Shown in pieces: positions 28,201 to 42,430 of a DNA stretch of 64,000 nt. The notes beneath the pieces were generated by a model that was given only the letters and a program-made list of their open reading frames with translations, ran no database searches and was not told where the DNA came from. The stretch is from Octopus vulgaris (taxonomy: Eukaryota), in assembly GCA_951406725.2 (NCBI GenBank), contig OX597825.1, positions 9,114,001 through 9,178,000 on the forward strand, given 5' to 3'. How positions within the stretch are numbered: position 1 is the stretch's first letter; each line of letters opens with the position of its first letter. The translations under genes and the position numbers were made by a program.

Positions 28201-28209
<9 letters not shown>
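27918..28209. repeat. Asymmetric fold-back element between (TA)n tracts
   Basis: Outer IR 27918-27943/28184-28209; inner IR 27944-27968/28015-28041; the right arm has about 140 extra nt. Confidence 0.9.
28032..28076 (+). ncRNA. Minimal type-I hammerhead ribozyme motif
   Basis: TGAAC-CTGAAGA-T[TGCA gaatttaa TGCA]T-GAAA-GTAC-TA|GTTCA: 5-bp stem I, intact core, palindromic stem III AGTACT, CUA triplet. Confidence 0.82.
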
Positions 28210-28266
<57 letters not shown>

Positions 28267-28440
28267 TATAGCTGTCTCCTCTCGTTCTCTCGCTTACACA
28301 TCAATAGTAATTCTGAATACGAAAGAGGCATCAACACCTGTCACAGAGCGTAAAAATGAAACCATAACTAAACCAAAGGACCATCAAACTGCTACCCAAC
28401 TAGTTCCCCAAACAAGGGTAGTGGTTGTGATGGTGATAAT

Positions 28441-28668
28441 GATAGAAATAAAAATATAAATAAAAGTAATAATATGCTGCAACTGCTAATGCTAAAGACT
28501 ACTAACGCTACAATGATACTATAACTGCTACTATTATGATAGCACAGGAATATGAGGCCCAACGACCACACTTACCACTACCCCTACCCCTGCTACTGTT
28601 GTTGTTGCTGCAACCACTGCTGCTACTACACATGCAAACAATAATATCAGAGATATCAGTGATGGTAA

Positions 28669-28700
<32 letters not shown>

Positions 28701-30384
28701 ATAGTAGTAGTAATAATGAAAGGAAACGGATGGAGCATCCTCCTCCTCTCCATGGGCTTATTAATGATACATCTAGTGACGGTGTCACAATAAAAACACT
28801 GGTAATTGCGCAACCTGATCATCGCTACCTCATATGAGTGACAATGAAAAAAATATTGTGAATAACGGTCGTAATGAAACTGAAGCCAATGATGGTGAGA
28901 CACCGTGTTAGAGATTCTGGTCCGGCTCCAGCCTGTCGATATCCAGAAAGGGACCACCACACACGGCGTAGATGGAGCAAGCAAATTAATGCTGTGGTCA
29001 TGGAGTGTTACTACCTGAGCAACCCGGTAGATGAAAATGGTACTCAAATTAGGGGTTACTGACAACGTATGTAGGATCATTGGAGAAAAAAGGGATTGTT
29101 TCAACTCACGGAACAGAGACTATGTGATCAAGCTAGAGCAATAAGAAAAAATTGTTGGTTCACAGAAGTAGAGCTCGAAGCTATCAAAAGACGGGTCATG
29201 GAAAATAGCAGCAGAGATAATAATGAAAATACAGTTCTTACTAATAAGAGTAATCTCATAGCACAGGAAAGGAGCAATGGTAGTTTACTTGATGAGAGAC
29301 ATATAGATGATCTAAAAGAAGACAATAAAACTAATGGCGACATGACAGATGAACAAAAGGCAGTCTACGACAGAATAAAGGCAAGACTACAGGAGAACGA
29401 TAGCGACATTATTTGCAACTTTGAATAGGTTGATCGATGGAAATTGAACCAAGAAACGAAAAATGTGAATGAAATTCTGAAATACATCAGAACAAACAAC
29501 ATCACAGAAACAAATAATTTGATCAAGGCAGCAAGTATTGTTGTAGCCGAAAACGTGGGTGTTGATGTCAAGAAAAAGAAATATAATGGGAGTGACAAAA
29601 GAAAAGATCCATGGTGGAAAAGAAGAATCCAGGCAGGGTTAGACATGCTCTCGAAGGAAATCTCTGTGTTAGACCGAAAAGAGAAAGGGGAGCTTAAAAG
29701 CGAACAAAAATACAGGGCGCTGAAAAGGAAGTATAATATTGAAAGAAAGGGCCTGAAAGTAGTAATGGAGGAACTGAAACAGCGCCTCGTTGCAAAGAAA
29801 GCAAAATGGTAAGATACGACCAAAGAATGAAGGGTTACCACCAGAATAGGTTATTCAGAGTAGATCAGAAGAGATTCTATAAAGAAATAAATGGAGGAAG
29901 TACAGATGAAAAGTTGATACCAGATAACAATGAAAGTCAAAGGTTTTGGAATGACATCGGGATCAAAGACAAGGATCACAAGCTGGGTGCTGAATGGTTG
30001 CAAAAACTGAAACAAACAATACAGTAGTCTGTCCAAAACAGGTAGAACTAGTCATTTCAGTTAAGGAAGGGAAGTAAATCAGCAAACAAATGAGCAACTG
30101 GAAGACCCCGGGACCAGATGGAGTTCAAGGATACTGGATCAAAAGATTTGGTGAATGATAGAAATAAAAATATAAATAAAAGTAATAATATGCTGCAACT
30201 GCTAATGCTAAAGACTACTAACGCTACAATGATACTATAACTGCTACTATTATGATAGCACAGGAATATGAGGCCCAACGACCACACTTACCACTACCCC
30301 TACCCCTGCTACTGTTGTTGTTGCTGCAACCACTGCTGCTACTACACATGCAAACAATAATATCAGAGATATCAGTGATGGTAA

Positions 30385-30425
<41 letters not shown>

Positions 30426-31850
30426 ATAATGAAAGGAAACGGATGGAGCATCCTCCTCCTCTCCATGGGCTTATTAATGATACATCTAGTGACGGTGTCA
30501 CAATAAAAACACTGGTAATTGCGCAACCTGATCATCGCTACCTCATATGAAAAACCAAAATATTGTGAATAACGGTCGTAATGAAATTGAAGCCAATGAT
30601 TGCGACATTGTTAGAGATTCTGGTCCGGCTCCAGCCTGTCGATATTCAGAAAGAGACCACCACACACGGCGTAGATGGAGCAAGCAAATTAATGCTGTGG
30701 CCATGGAGTGTTACTACCTGAGCAACCCGGTAGATGAAAATGGTACTCAAATTAGGGGTTACTAACAACGTATGTAGGATCATTGGAGAAAAAAGGGATT
30801 GTTTCATCTCACGGAACAGAGACTATGTGATCAGGCTAGAGCAATTAGAAAATATTGTTGGTTTAGAGAAGTAGAGCTCGAAGCTATCAAAAGACGGGTC
30901 TTAGATAATAGCAGCATAGATAAGAATGAAAATACAGATCTTACTAATAAGAGTAATCCCATAGCACAGGAAAGGAGCAGTGGTAATTTACTTGATGAGA
31001 GACATAAAGATGATCTAAAAGGAAACAATAAAACTAAAGACATGACAGATGAACAAAAGGCAATCTACGACAGAATAAAGGTAAGACAGGAGAACGATAT
31101 CGACATAATTTGCAACCTTAAAAAGGTTGATCGTTGGAAAATGAACCAAGAAACGAAAAATGTGAATGAAATTCTGAAATACATCAGAACAAACGACATC
31201 ACAAACAAATAATTTGATCAAGGCAGCTAGCATTGTTGTAGCAGAAAATTTGGGTGTTGATGTCAAGAAAAAGAAATATAATGGGAGTGACAAAAAAAGG
31301 ATCCGTGGTGGAAAAGAAGAATCCAGGGAGGGTTAGACATACTCTCGAAGAAAATATCTGTGTTAGACCGAAAGGAGAAAGAGGAGCTTAAAAGCGAACA
31401 AAATACAGGGCGCTGAAAAGGAAGTATAATATTGAAAGAAAGGTCTTCAATGTAGTAATGGAGGAACTGACACAGCGCCTCGTTGCAAAGAAAGCAAAAA
31501 TGATAAGATACGACCAAAGAATGAAGGGTTACCACCAGAAAAGATTATTCAGAGTAGATCAGAAGAGATTCTATAAAGAAATAAATGGAGGATGTATAAG
31601 GGAAAAGTTGATACCAGATAACAATGAAAGTCAAAGGTTTTGGAATGACATCGGGATCAAAGACAAGGATCACAAGCTGGGTGCTGAATGGTTGCAAAAA
31701 CTGAAACAAACAATACAGTAGTCTGTCCAAAACAGGTAGAACTAGTCATTTCAGTTAAGGAAGGGAAGTAAATCAGCAAACAAATGAGCAACTGGAAGAC
31801 CCCGGGACCAGATGGAGTTCAAGGATACTGGATCAAAAGATTTGGTGAAT
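28441..31850. repeat. Tandem duplication, unit about 1.7 kb (28441-30156 and 30157-31850)
   Basis: Both units start GATAGAAATAAAAATATAAATAAAAG and end GGATCAAAAGATTTGGTGAAT; ORFs are paired in the track. Confidence 0.97.
28718..30156 (+). mobile_element. R4/Dong-like non-LTR retrotransposon 5' fragment, copy 1 (disrupted)
   Basis: EQRLCDQARAIRKNCWFTEVELEAI, DPWWKRRI, KQRLVAKKAK, YHQNRLFRVDQKRFYKEI, SNWKTPGPDGVQGYWIKRF (start of RT); stops and frameshifts; begins after TAG/TAA repeats. Confidence 0.8.
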
Positions 31851-32030
31851 GATGAAAAAGAACAAAAAACAACAGACTGCAAAATAACTATAATCTAGGC
31901 TAAAACTGGAACTACAAAGCACCATGTTAAAACAAAAAGAATAAAAGCCCTCACATGACAAGTACTGGGATTAGCTAACGAGAAAGGAAATAGACAACTG
32001 GCTGATAGCGTCATCGGCTCATGACTACAA
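30431..32030 (+). mobile_element. R4/Dong-like fragment, copy 2, followed by a probable post-RT remnant
   Basis: Same motifs as copy 1; after 31850 a KPSHDKYW-like segment (compare KxLHGxY) suggests the RT core is deleted. Confidence 0.75.
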
Positions 32031-32142
32031 TATATACACACAGACATTTTGCTGAAGTGACAAAGCATGTTACATGAGACTAAATCCTACCTACCTTCCA
32101 GTGACTAGTACGGGTTAATATATGTGTCTGAGTGTGTATTAT

Positions 32143-32188
32143 TTATATATATATATTTCTCTCTCTCTCTCTCTGTATATATATATAT

Positions 32189-32241
<53 letters not shown>
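32143..32241. repeat. (TA)n/(CT)n microsatellite
   Basis: Direct inspection. Confidence 0.92.
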
Positions 32242-32244
<3 letters not shown>

Positions 32245-32699
32245 CTAGAGAAATATAAATATATTTTCATGTCCCTCTGTGTGTTAGCCTATTTATGCAA
32301 AAAAGTATCAAGATGTGTTCTAGTATTTATATTTTGTAAAGTATATAGCGTGTAAATAAATATAGAGATTTGCTACTCGATATACGGGGAGTATACACAC
32401 TTTTATTCATAATCATACATAGGTACATAAATTTGAATTTCATGTACACAAATTGAAACCTACAGACTCATATAGCGTATGCGTATGTTTGAATGTGTGT
32501 TCTTGCCAAATTAAGTGTGCATATGTATTAGTAGTGCATTAAAGAAAAGAAAAGTCTCTCTTGGGAAATTTCTATTTTATCTTTTATTGCATTTATTAGA
32601 CAATTCCATTTCTAGATTCTCCTTCACGTTCTCAAAGGCATTTTAGTAGAAGATATATTATTAGTTTAATTCAGTTTGTACAAAACGGAATTTCTCTTT

Positions 32700-32981
32700 C
32701 TCTATTTCTCTCTCTCTCTATCGATATATCTATCTATCTATCACGTCCTCTCTCTCACTCTCGCTCTTAGTATATATATATATATAAATATATATAAATA
32801 TATATATATATATATAGTATATATACATATACATATATCTATATGTGTGTGTGAAGAGATAGAGAGAGAGATATATAGGCAGATAGGTAGCGAGATAGAT
32901 GAATAACTGCATACATATAGTTATAGATATGTATAGATAGATAGACAGACATACAGACATACAGATAGATAGATAGATCGG

Positions 32982-33019
<38 letters not shown>

Positions 33020-33215
33020 CATACATATCTAGACAGATATGTGTGTGAGTCTGTTATATGTATATATATACATATATTAATATATATATATATGACCACA
33101 TATACATATATACATATATATATACGCATGTATATATGTATGTGTATATGTTCCTAAATGTATATATTTATATATACATATATGCGCAAGTATATATGCA
33201 TTTACATATATATAT
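32700..33215. repeat. Compound TA/GATA/GACA low complexity
   Basis: Direct inspection. Confidence 0.88.
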
Positions 33216-33429
33216 TTTAAGTATCCCACAAAATTCTGTAACTTTGTATATTTTTATATTTATCTGCAGCAAAATTGCTTTCGGCTCTTAACCACTGCTA
33301 TATATCATATTCTTTTTCAGTATTGTGCATATAATTATCGCAATAGCCGCGCACAGTAAGCGAGTTCGCAAACATTCTCATCCTCGTATGATATTTGCTT
33401 TCCTGATTAAGCCCTATGATCTCCCTACC

Positions 33430-33664
33430 TATTTCTTTACTACCCACAACGGGCTAACCACAGAGAGGACAAACAAGGACAGACAAACGGACTAAGTCGA
33501 TTATATCAACCCCAGTGCGTGACTGGTACTTATTTAATTGACCCCGAAAGGATGAAAGGCAAAGTCGACCTCGGCGGAATTTGAACTCAGAACGTAACGG
33601 CAGATGAAATAACGCAAAGCATTTCGCCCGGCGTGCTAACGTTTCTGCCAGCTCGCCGCCTTTT
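33430..33664 (-). mobile_element. Full-length SINE-A with 13-bp TSD (one mismatch)
   Basis: TGATCTCCCTACC at 33417-33429 and TGATCTCCATACC at 33665-33677. Confidence 0.92.
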
Positions 33665-34261
33665 TGATCTCCATACCGTTGTTTTCTTGTCGGAAAACAG
33701 GCTAGTATTGAAAACCTTACCCACTTTACTTCATGCACTAATGTCTCCTTCCATTGTTGAATAAACATGACATATTAATAGTTTAACTACAGATAACTTT
33801 TATTGGACAGGACAATCAAAAAAGACCTCAGATACACAGGGAATTCAGCTTAATTTAAATCTTCTTCCATTTCCAAATCTCAAACGTAGTTATTGAAATT
33901 TGTGGCAGCTCTTGCTATCAACTGAAGTGACCTCGTCATGTTTCTCTTAATGGTTTATCTCTAGTTCAGTTGAGAAAAACTACTCATTACTCTTTTAGGT
34001 TCTGAGATTTCGTAAAAGGAAACTACATGATATTTTGCGAATGGAAATAACCCAATCATCTATATAGAAATATAATGCATAGTCATACTAAGAACTTGTT
34101 TAGATTGATTATGAAAGCTTAACACTCCGAATCAGTACAATATTAACATATTTGTAATAAATTATAAATTAATTTAAATTACGAGGAACGTAAACAAACA
34201 TATGAAGTTTGCTTTAGAAGTGTTGAGATGTCTTAGAAAGTGAAAGAAGTGATTTTAAATT

Positions 34262-34359
34262 CTCAAACGCAGGATAATGCTAATAATATAGTCTGAACAG
34301 GATAAGCTGAGTAGCTTATCCTGTTCAGGCTATCTTATTAGCATCATCCTGCATTTGAG
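34262..34359. repeat. Hairpin with 47-bp arms and GAGT loop
   Basis: CTCAAACGCAGG...GGATAAGCT gagt AGCTTATCC...CCTGCATTTGAG, about 4 mismatches. Confidence 0.9.
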
Positions 34360-35781
34360 CATATAAATGAATTAATTACATAAATAAAATAATTGAATAA
34401 ATTAATTATTCAGGTAAAAATTCAGGAGAGTTTTGTGTAGTAGATAAAAATATGTTCAATAGCTATAAAATAACCATTCAACAGTATCTTTATTTAAATC
34501 TTTAAGTCTCATAATAACACTATCATAGTATAATACATTTGTGAATCAGATACCAAGTAAAGCTAGAGAACTACATCTCTATGCATAAATTTTGCATACT
34601 TCTGAGTCGGCCGGAACCAATCAAATTTATCTCGATCTTTACTTCCCTATGCTTTTATCATAATCTGTTTTTCGTTATTTATTTAATATCAGTCCTACTC
34701 TGGTTCCTGGTATTTTAATTATAAATATTTCAATGAGTTAATTTTTCTAATTTTCTGCTAATTTCTTTTTCTAAATTCTTCTAATTCTAAATTAATTTGC
34801 TATATCACTCACTTTTCTATATTTTATTAGTTTTGACATTCGTATATGTTAACTTAGGAACGTAAATTTAAGCGCTTATCTTATCATCTTATATATGTCA
34901 TATAATAAACACAATATAATTGAATGTATCGTGTCATGGGTAAATGGTTTCTGCCACATACTTCAAAGCATTCATGGAGTCTGAACTGGATCGTTGTCGC
35001 CAGTTTTTGTAGATAATAATTTCAGACACTAATATTTCATTCTAATATTTGATTCTATGTTGCATGGTTAAGCTAACGCATTTTTGGAGATAAGAGATTC
35101 AATTCAACACATTTTGCTCTTTGTTTTCATCCAGTGATACTCAAAGAATTTTCGCCTATGGACCACTTTGATTCTTATTTTTTACGGGTGAGCCTTCATA
35201 GCTATTCAATGTTTACAAAATCCTATTATGTTTTATGATTATTAGCAATTGTATTTTTAAAAATCATTAAAATATGTGGTGCATGTAAAATTTAAGAAAA
35301 ATATCTTATCTACACCCTCAAGCGTCATATGGGCACGGGTTCAGAGCCACTGTTTTAATTTATCAAACTAAATACTCCTAATAATCAAATTCCTACAGTC
35401 CGGCCGGACCATTTGATGCTGTCGGTTCTATGGACATCCAATGAAACTATGGTTCTAATTGGTCGACTGTATAGCAACTAACTTTTATATTTCAATTCGT
35501 TTTATTCGTTTGATTTTTCTATGTGGTAATGTACCTCAACATAACAGCGTATTATCGTGTTTAAATTATGGTATAGACTGAAGATTAGAGGGAGTCAATG
35601 TACCATATCATAATCTTATTGATAGTGTGCGTAACTCCATAATATTACATCAGAATATAATTTCTTACTGAAGCAATAAAATCCTTTCGTCTGTATTATT
35701 TTCATATTTTTCCGCGGTTGCAGTTCTATCGAAATTTGGATATTCTTGAATTTGCATCCATGTATGCATCCATATATTCCT

Positions 35782-35904
<123 letters not shown>

Positions 35905-35905
<1 letters not shown>

Positions 35906-37134
35906 CTCAAAACATTGATGAGTATTCTTTTCTGTATGACGTGGAGCATTGTCCTTTTGAAAGATAACACAGTTTTTCGACACTCCTGCGAAAGGGCAAA
36001 AGCTCGCTCAATCTCGATTTTCAGTACGAATATGGACCGCGAAAGCGTGGCCCATCGATCCTTTCCGAATTACAGCGGTGAGCTATGCATCCGCCGAGAG
36101 GTGTCAGCAATTGATGGCTCTAAAACATCTGATAACATAGAAACGTAGGTAGCTGAATTTATCCTTCCCTGACAGAAAAACATTTCATCGGGTCCTGTGG
36201 CAAATATGCAGGCCCACACAATGATAGAACCACCCCCATGTTTTACGGTTGGTACCCGACATTCTTCCCCAACTCTGTGTCGCACAAAAGTTGCACCAGA
36301 TGTACCGAAAACCTGAATAAAAACATGAAAAATAATATTAGTTTTATATTGGATACTTTTAATATATTTTGGGCAAGAAACCAATTACATTAAGTTTATA
36401 TGTTGATTGAATACATATGCTATCTTACATCATAGTTACTTTCACCAGACCATATGACTTTCGACCGTTGCTCAAAGGTCCGACTTGAGTGGTTTTTGGC
36501 CCACTGAAGACGTTCTTCCATATTCGCCTCAGAAACCTATGGTTTCTTCCTGGCTTTATAGACTTTCAAACTGTACGCGACAATCATTCTTCTAACAGTT
36601 CTGGTTGATATTTGTGAAGTACGTGCCTTGTTGAAGTCCGCACAGAACACCGAATATATTTTTCTTCTGTTTCTGAGCGACGACGGATGATGGATCTGTC
36701 ATCATAACGTGATGTTACTTTGTTTCTGCCTGTTCTTTGTATTGTCGTCACCGCACATTGAGAACATTTTATCTTCTGAGCTATTAGCCTTTGAGACATT
36801 CCATCTTCACGATGAGCTACGATTTGACCTCGCTCACACTTCCTTAACTCACTTGTTATAGGCATTTTACTGTTTATTAACTGTATCTACAATGTATATT
36901 TGCATAAAACTCTGAAATAATCAAGGAAACATAAGTTCATTTTGGACGTTCATCTAACTCATAATTGCTTGCATATATACAGTATAGTATAAAAGTAGTA
37001 ATTGATGCTAAAGGAGGGTCAACCAGATATTGAAATTAATGTATATATCATCTACCACGTGCACGAGTTTCATCAACATTGAGATAGCAGAACCCCAAAA
37101 CCCTGGGGCGGCCTAATACTTTTGGCCAAGGTTG
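35905..37134 (-). mobile_element. Tc1-family DNA transposon relic with intron-containing transposase pseudogene
   Basis: HTH (ERGQIVAHREDGMSQRLIAQKI), VIWSGES, PTVKHGGGSIIVWAC, GRINSATYVSML, FQKDNAPRH. One TIR: TA|CAACCTTGGCCAAAAGTATTAGG ending at 37134. First catalytic Asp is Gly; 3' end is lost. Confidence 0.92.
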
Positions 37135-37786
37135 TATATCAACATAGCGGTAACACAAAACAAAAAAAAAATGCATCATATTCAGAAAATCACCCTTTGG
37201 TGCAGTAAGCGTAACTTTTCATTTAGATTCGGTCCTTTACTACAATGAACTCAATATTTAAAACGAGTGAATATATATATGCGTGGTGTGTTTGTGTGTG
37301 CGTGCATGTGTGCGTGTGTGGGTATGTGTTTGTATGTACGTATGTCGATATAAATGGAACTTTTGGTTACTGCCGCTGCTGCCTGGTTAGACTGATAAAA
37401 CCACTACTACGATGCTAGACCCAGTACCATTGCTGGTGATATTACTACTATTGGCCACTCCTCTATAAGAAATGAGAACAACCATTGCTTGGAACATTGC
37501 TGCTACGTTACTAAGATGCAGCAGCAATCAGAAGGAAAGAAAATAACGACATCTCGTGGTTCTTGTAAGAAATACATATGATAGTTCAGAATTAATTGAA
37601 TTGAACTTATTTTAATTTATTTTCTTCTTTTCTGCATGACTAAATCGTCTTGTTGAGTGATTGAAACAAGTAGCGTACTGTGATAAAAATGTAAATTACT
37701 TTCTTTTATACATGTTAAAATTTTCAAAGCGAAAGCTTTTTTGTTGCTTTTTAAATACAAATTCTATCGTGCGAACCATCCCCTTA

Positions 37787-38037
37787 TACATACACACACA
37801 GACACACACGCACACACTCACGCACACACACACATGCACACACTCACGCACACACACACATATATATATATATACATAAATATAGATATACATCTAGATA
37901 TATATATTTATTTATATATTGATATATATATGTATATACATATATATATATATATTTATTTAAATATATACATATTTAAATTTATATATATATATATGTA
38001 TGTATATATGCATTTATATATATATATATATATACAG

Positions 38038-38086
<49 letters not shown>

Positions 38087-38160
38087 CATACACACACACA
38101 CACAATCACACATATATATAGATATACATGTATATGTGCAAGTTTACATACGCATACACA
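37787..38160. repeat. Compound CA/TA microsatellite
   Basis: Direct inspection. Confidence 0.92.
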
Positions 38161-38787
38161 AATAAGCACATATATTTTGCGTAGTGGTAACACAATCGCC
38201 TAATACACTCACACTTGCAAAACGCATCGCTACATAAACATGCCCATTAAATACGAAACAAAATTCTCACTTTCTTTCTTCACTTCCTTCTCTCCTTTAT
38301 CTTCTTTCCTGTGAATTATTTTAAATAAACTGAAACGCAAGGCATATTCCTTTTCCATGCGTGAAAATAACATACCGAATTACTATTTTCTTTAAATCAT
38401 TGTTATTTCAGAAATATGTCTTAGAACTTCCAACGCTTTGATGCAGTAAGCGTAACTTTTCATTTAGAATTGGTCCTTTACTACAAATGAACTGAATATT
38501 TAAAACGAGGGAATATATATATATATATATATATGCGTGTGTGCTTGTGTGCGTGTGTGTGTCTGTGTGTTTGCGTGTGTGTGTTTGTGTGTGTGTGCAC
38601 ACGTGCATGTGCGTGTGAGCGTGTGTGTGTATGCGCTTATATGTACGTATGTCGATATAAATGAATATATACATAGATCTGTACATACCTCTCCACGTAT
38701 AAATGTGTGTCCGTGTAAATTTATAAATATATATATATGTAAATATATATATATATATACATATATATGTGAGTGTGTGTGTGTATA

Positions 38788-39258
<471 letters not shown>

Positions 39259-39260
39259 CT

Positions 39261-39407
<147 letters not shown>

Positions 39408-39923
39408 TCATTTGTAAATATCATTTTGTATCTAGATGTTTGTTAATATATAGTTGTATAAGCATTTAGATGTCGATCTTCATTGTATAAGCCATATAAT
39501 ATCACAGACATCACGATGGAAGTCGCTTCTTTTGCAACTTACCGGTGTATTACACCAAATGGTCTGTTATAATCGAAGTCGCAGCAACTTCCCGTTGCAA
39601 TGTCAAATATGAGTTATCGAGCATTAACCAATTTAGTGTCTTGCTACTAAACCGGGTTATCCACCGCTTAGCATCTTCACCTCTATAAAAATGTCTCCGC
39701 CTTTAGCATATTCTAAAACTTACTGACATTCCGTTTGTTGACCTCTAATACCTGCTTTTATGCGTAAAATAAATGAAAGCGACTGCTATCTATATGCATA
39801 AGAATTGTATCCATTCAATCTCTTGTAACTCATGGATGCGTAGACTTGTACGTCACATATATATATATGTGTGTGTGTGTGTGTACACAGAAATACTCAC
39901 ACACAAACATTCATATATATAAA

Positions 39924-40097
39924 TCTTTTTCTACTCTAGGCACAAGGCCCGGAATTTTGGGGGAGAGGCCAGTTGATTAGATCGACGCCACTACGCAACT
40001 GGTACTTAATTTATCGACCCCGAAAGGATGTAAGACAAAATCAACTTTGACGGAATTTGAACTGAGAATGTAAAGACAGACGAAATACCGCTGAGCA
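39924..40097 (-). mobile_element. 5'-truncated SINE-A with alternative tail
   Basis: CTACTCTAGGCACAAGGCCCGGAATTTT tail joined to CTGGTACTTAATTTATCGACCCCGAAAGGATG body. Confidence 0.8.
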
Positions 40098-40126
40098 CAC
40101 ACACACACACACACATACACACACAC

Positions 40127-40220
<94 letters not shown>

Positions 40221-40280
40221 GTATATACATATGTGTGTGTGTTTGTATGTATATAGTTATGTACGTGTGTGTATGCGTGT
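40097..40280. repeat. CA/TA microsatellite
   Basis: Direct inspection. Confidence 0.95.
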
Positions 40281-41914
40281 TTGTTGATAGCTTCTTATGC
40301 ATATAGATCGCTTTCATTTGTTTTCCGCGCAAAAGCATGTATCAGAGGCGACATACGGGAATGTCAGTAAGTTTTAGAATATGTTGAAGGGTGACTATAA
40401 GACAATAGGTAAAGCATGGCATTAATGCTTATGTAGCATCGCACCTTGCCAACAGTTTAATACTTCGTTATTGGTACAACGGATTAGTGTTTCTTTCGCT
40501 AAGCCAAATAAAGCCGTGTATTTTCAGTGATCCATTTCAGTGGCCATACTGTCGCGCTGCGAGACCATACTGAACAAATACGTGATATTCTCCGGCGTCC
40601 ACATAAATGGATTAACCATCATGAGGGATGAAGGCTCGTGCTTCATGAGTTACTTTAATTCAACACTTATTTTTACAACAATATTTTTACATAAATACAT
40701 TTGTAGAAAACATGTTCACAGTTTACATTTAAGTAATCACATTTTGGCTCATAACCATTGTTTTCTGCAAGCAGCCGCACGACCATACCCGTTCTTGCTG
40801 ACTGGATGCTTTAAATCATCGAATCGGACCACTTACCCAACTAGAAAAGCGGGGCCCGTTTGAGCCTTCCCTTAGCTATTTAAGAATATTTTCTCACCAT
40901 TTTCTTCAGTGAGGTGGTTTGTAGGATGAACTTTGGATTTTCGGCGTAGAGCAAGTTTTATTCAGCTATGCATTCTCAGTTTGGAGTGAATTATCAGCGG
41001 AGATTTTTTATCACCACGCTTTGTGCTTTTCCCTCACATATATATATATATATATAGATAGATAGACAGACAGATAGATATATAAATGTGCTTATAGATT
41101 TATCTGTATATGTGCATATGCATACATTATACATACATATTTACATGCACACGCACACGCGCACGCACACGCACGCACACACATATTCATTCGAAACGTT
41201 TGGGTCCACTTGGGTTTATTCATCTTCCTATTTCGGTCAGTTGCAATATTTTATTTCCACAGCTTATTCGATTACACATACACGATGGGTTTAATTTGTT
41301 TTATTTCAAAACATATTACACAATGTTTAAATACTTAATTAATACTCCCAACTGCAAGTAACTAGCCGAGTATTCTAATCTTATTCCCCATTTATCTATT
41401 CGTAATATTAAAATTTAATGAAATTTGTTAGATATCAGGCACTAATATCATTATAAGTTTGAGCTTAAATGAAACATAAATATCCCGAGCAACTATAAAG
41501 CTGCGGTAATATCTTACACCCGTAGTTTTAGATAAAGATTTTAGTTTGTAATTCCACGGTGCATATTAAAATGCCAGGATCCTGATTAAGGACGGAGACT
41601 GAAGCTTAATTGAATGATAAATCAACGAACAAGAGGACATCACTCCGAATATACCGGTAAATAATGATCATATTTTTTTAATACTTTTCCAAAAGATGCA
41701 TCTAGGAGGCTCGTGCAGCGTACATCTAGTTCTAAGATATGTATCTAAAGGGTGCAACACCCGTAGAGTATACAAATACAAACTATCAAATAATCAAAAG
41801 AAGCAAAATATATATTTAATCAACGATTTATGTCTTCCTTTTGCCCAAAAAAAACAAACAAAAAAACGAGACAGGGAATAAATAGATCCGATTCCTGTTA
41901 CATTACGCGCACAT

Positions 41915-42001
41915 TCACACACACGCATATACACTCATACACGTACTCTCACGTATATATATACACACATTAAATATATATATAGATGGATGGATGGATG
42001 T

Positions 42002-42049
<48 letters not shown>

Positions 42050-42160
42050 CATAATATGCATAGATGGATGGATGGATATATATATATATATATTATATAT
42101 ATATATGTATATATATATATGATATATATGTATGTATATATATATACATATATATATATA

Positions 42161-42206
<46 letters not shown>

Positions 42207-42256
42207 TATATACATATATATATATGCATGTATATATATATATTATATATATATAT

Positions 42257-42292
<36 letters not shown>

Positions 42293-42302
42293 AAATATGA
42301 TA

Positions 42303-42364
<62 letters not shown>

Positions 42365-42430
42365 ATGTATGTATATATATACATATATATATATATGCAT
42401 GTATGTATGTATGTATGTGCTCATGTATGC
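41915..42430. repeat. About 500-bp (TA)n-dominated tract
   Basis: Direct inspection. Confidence 0.96.
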
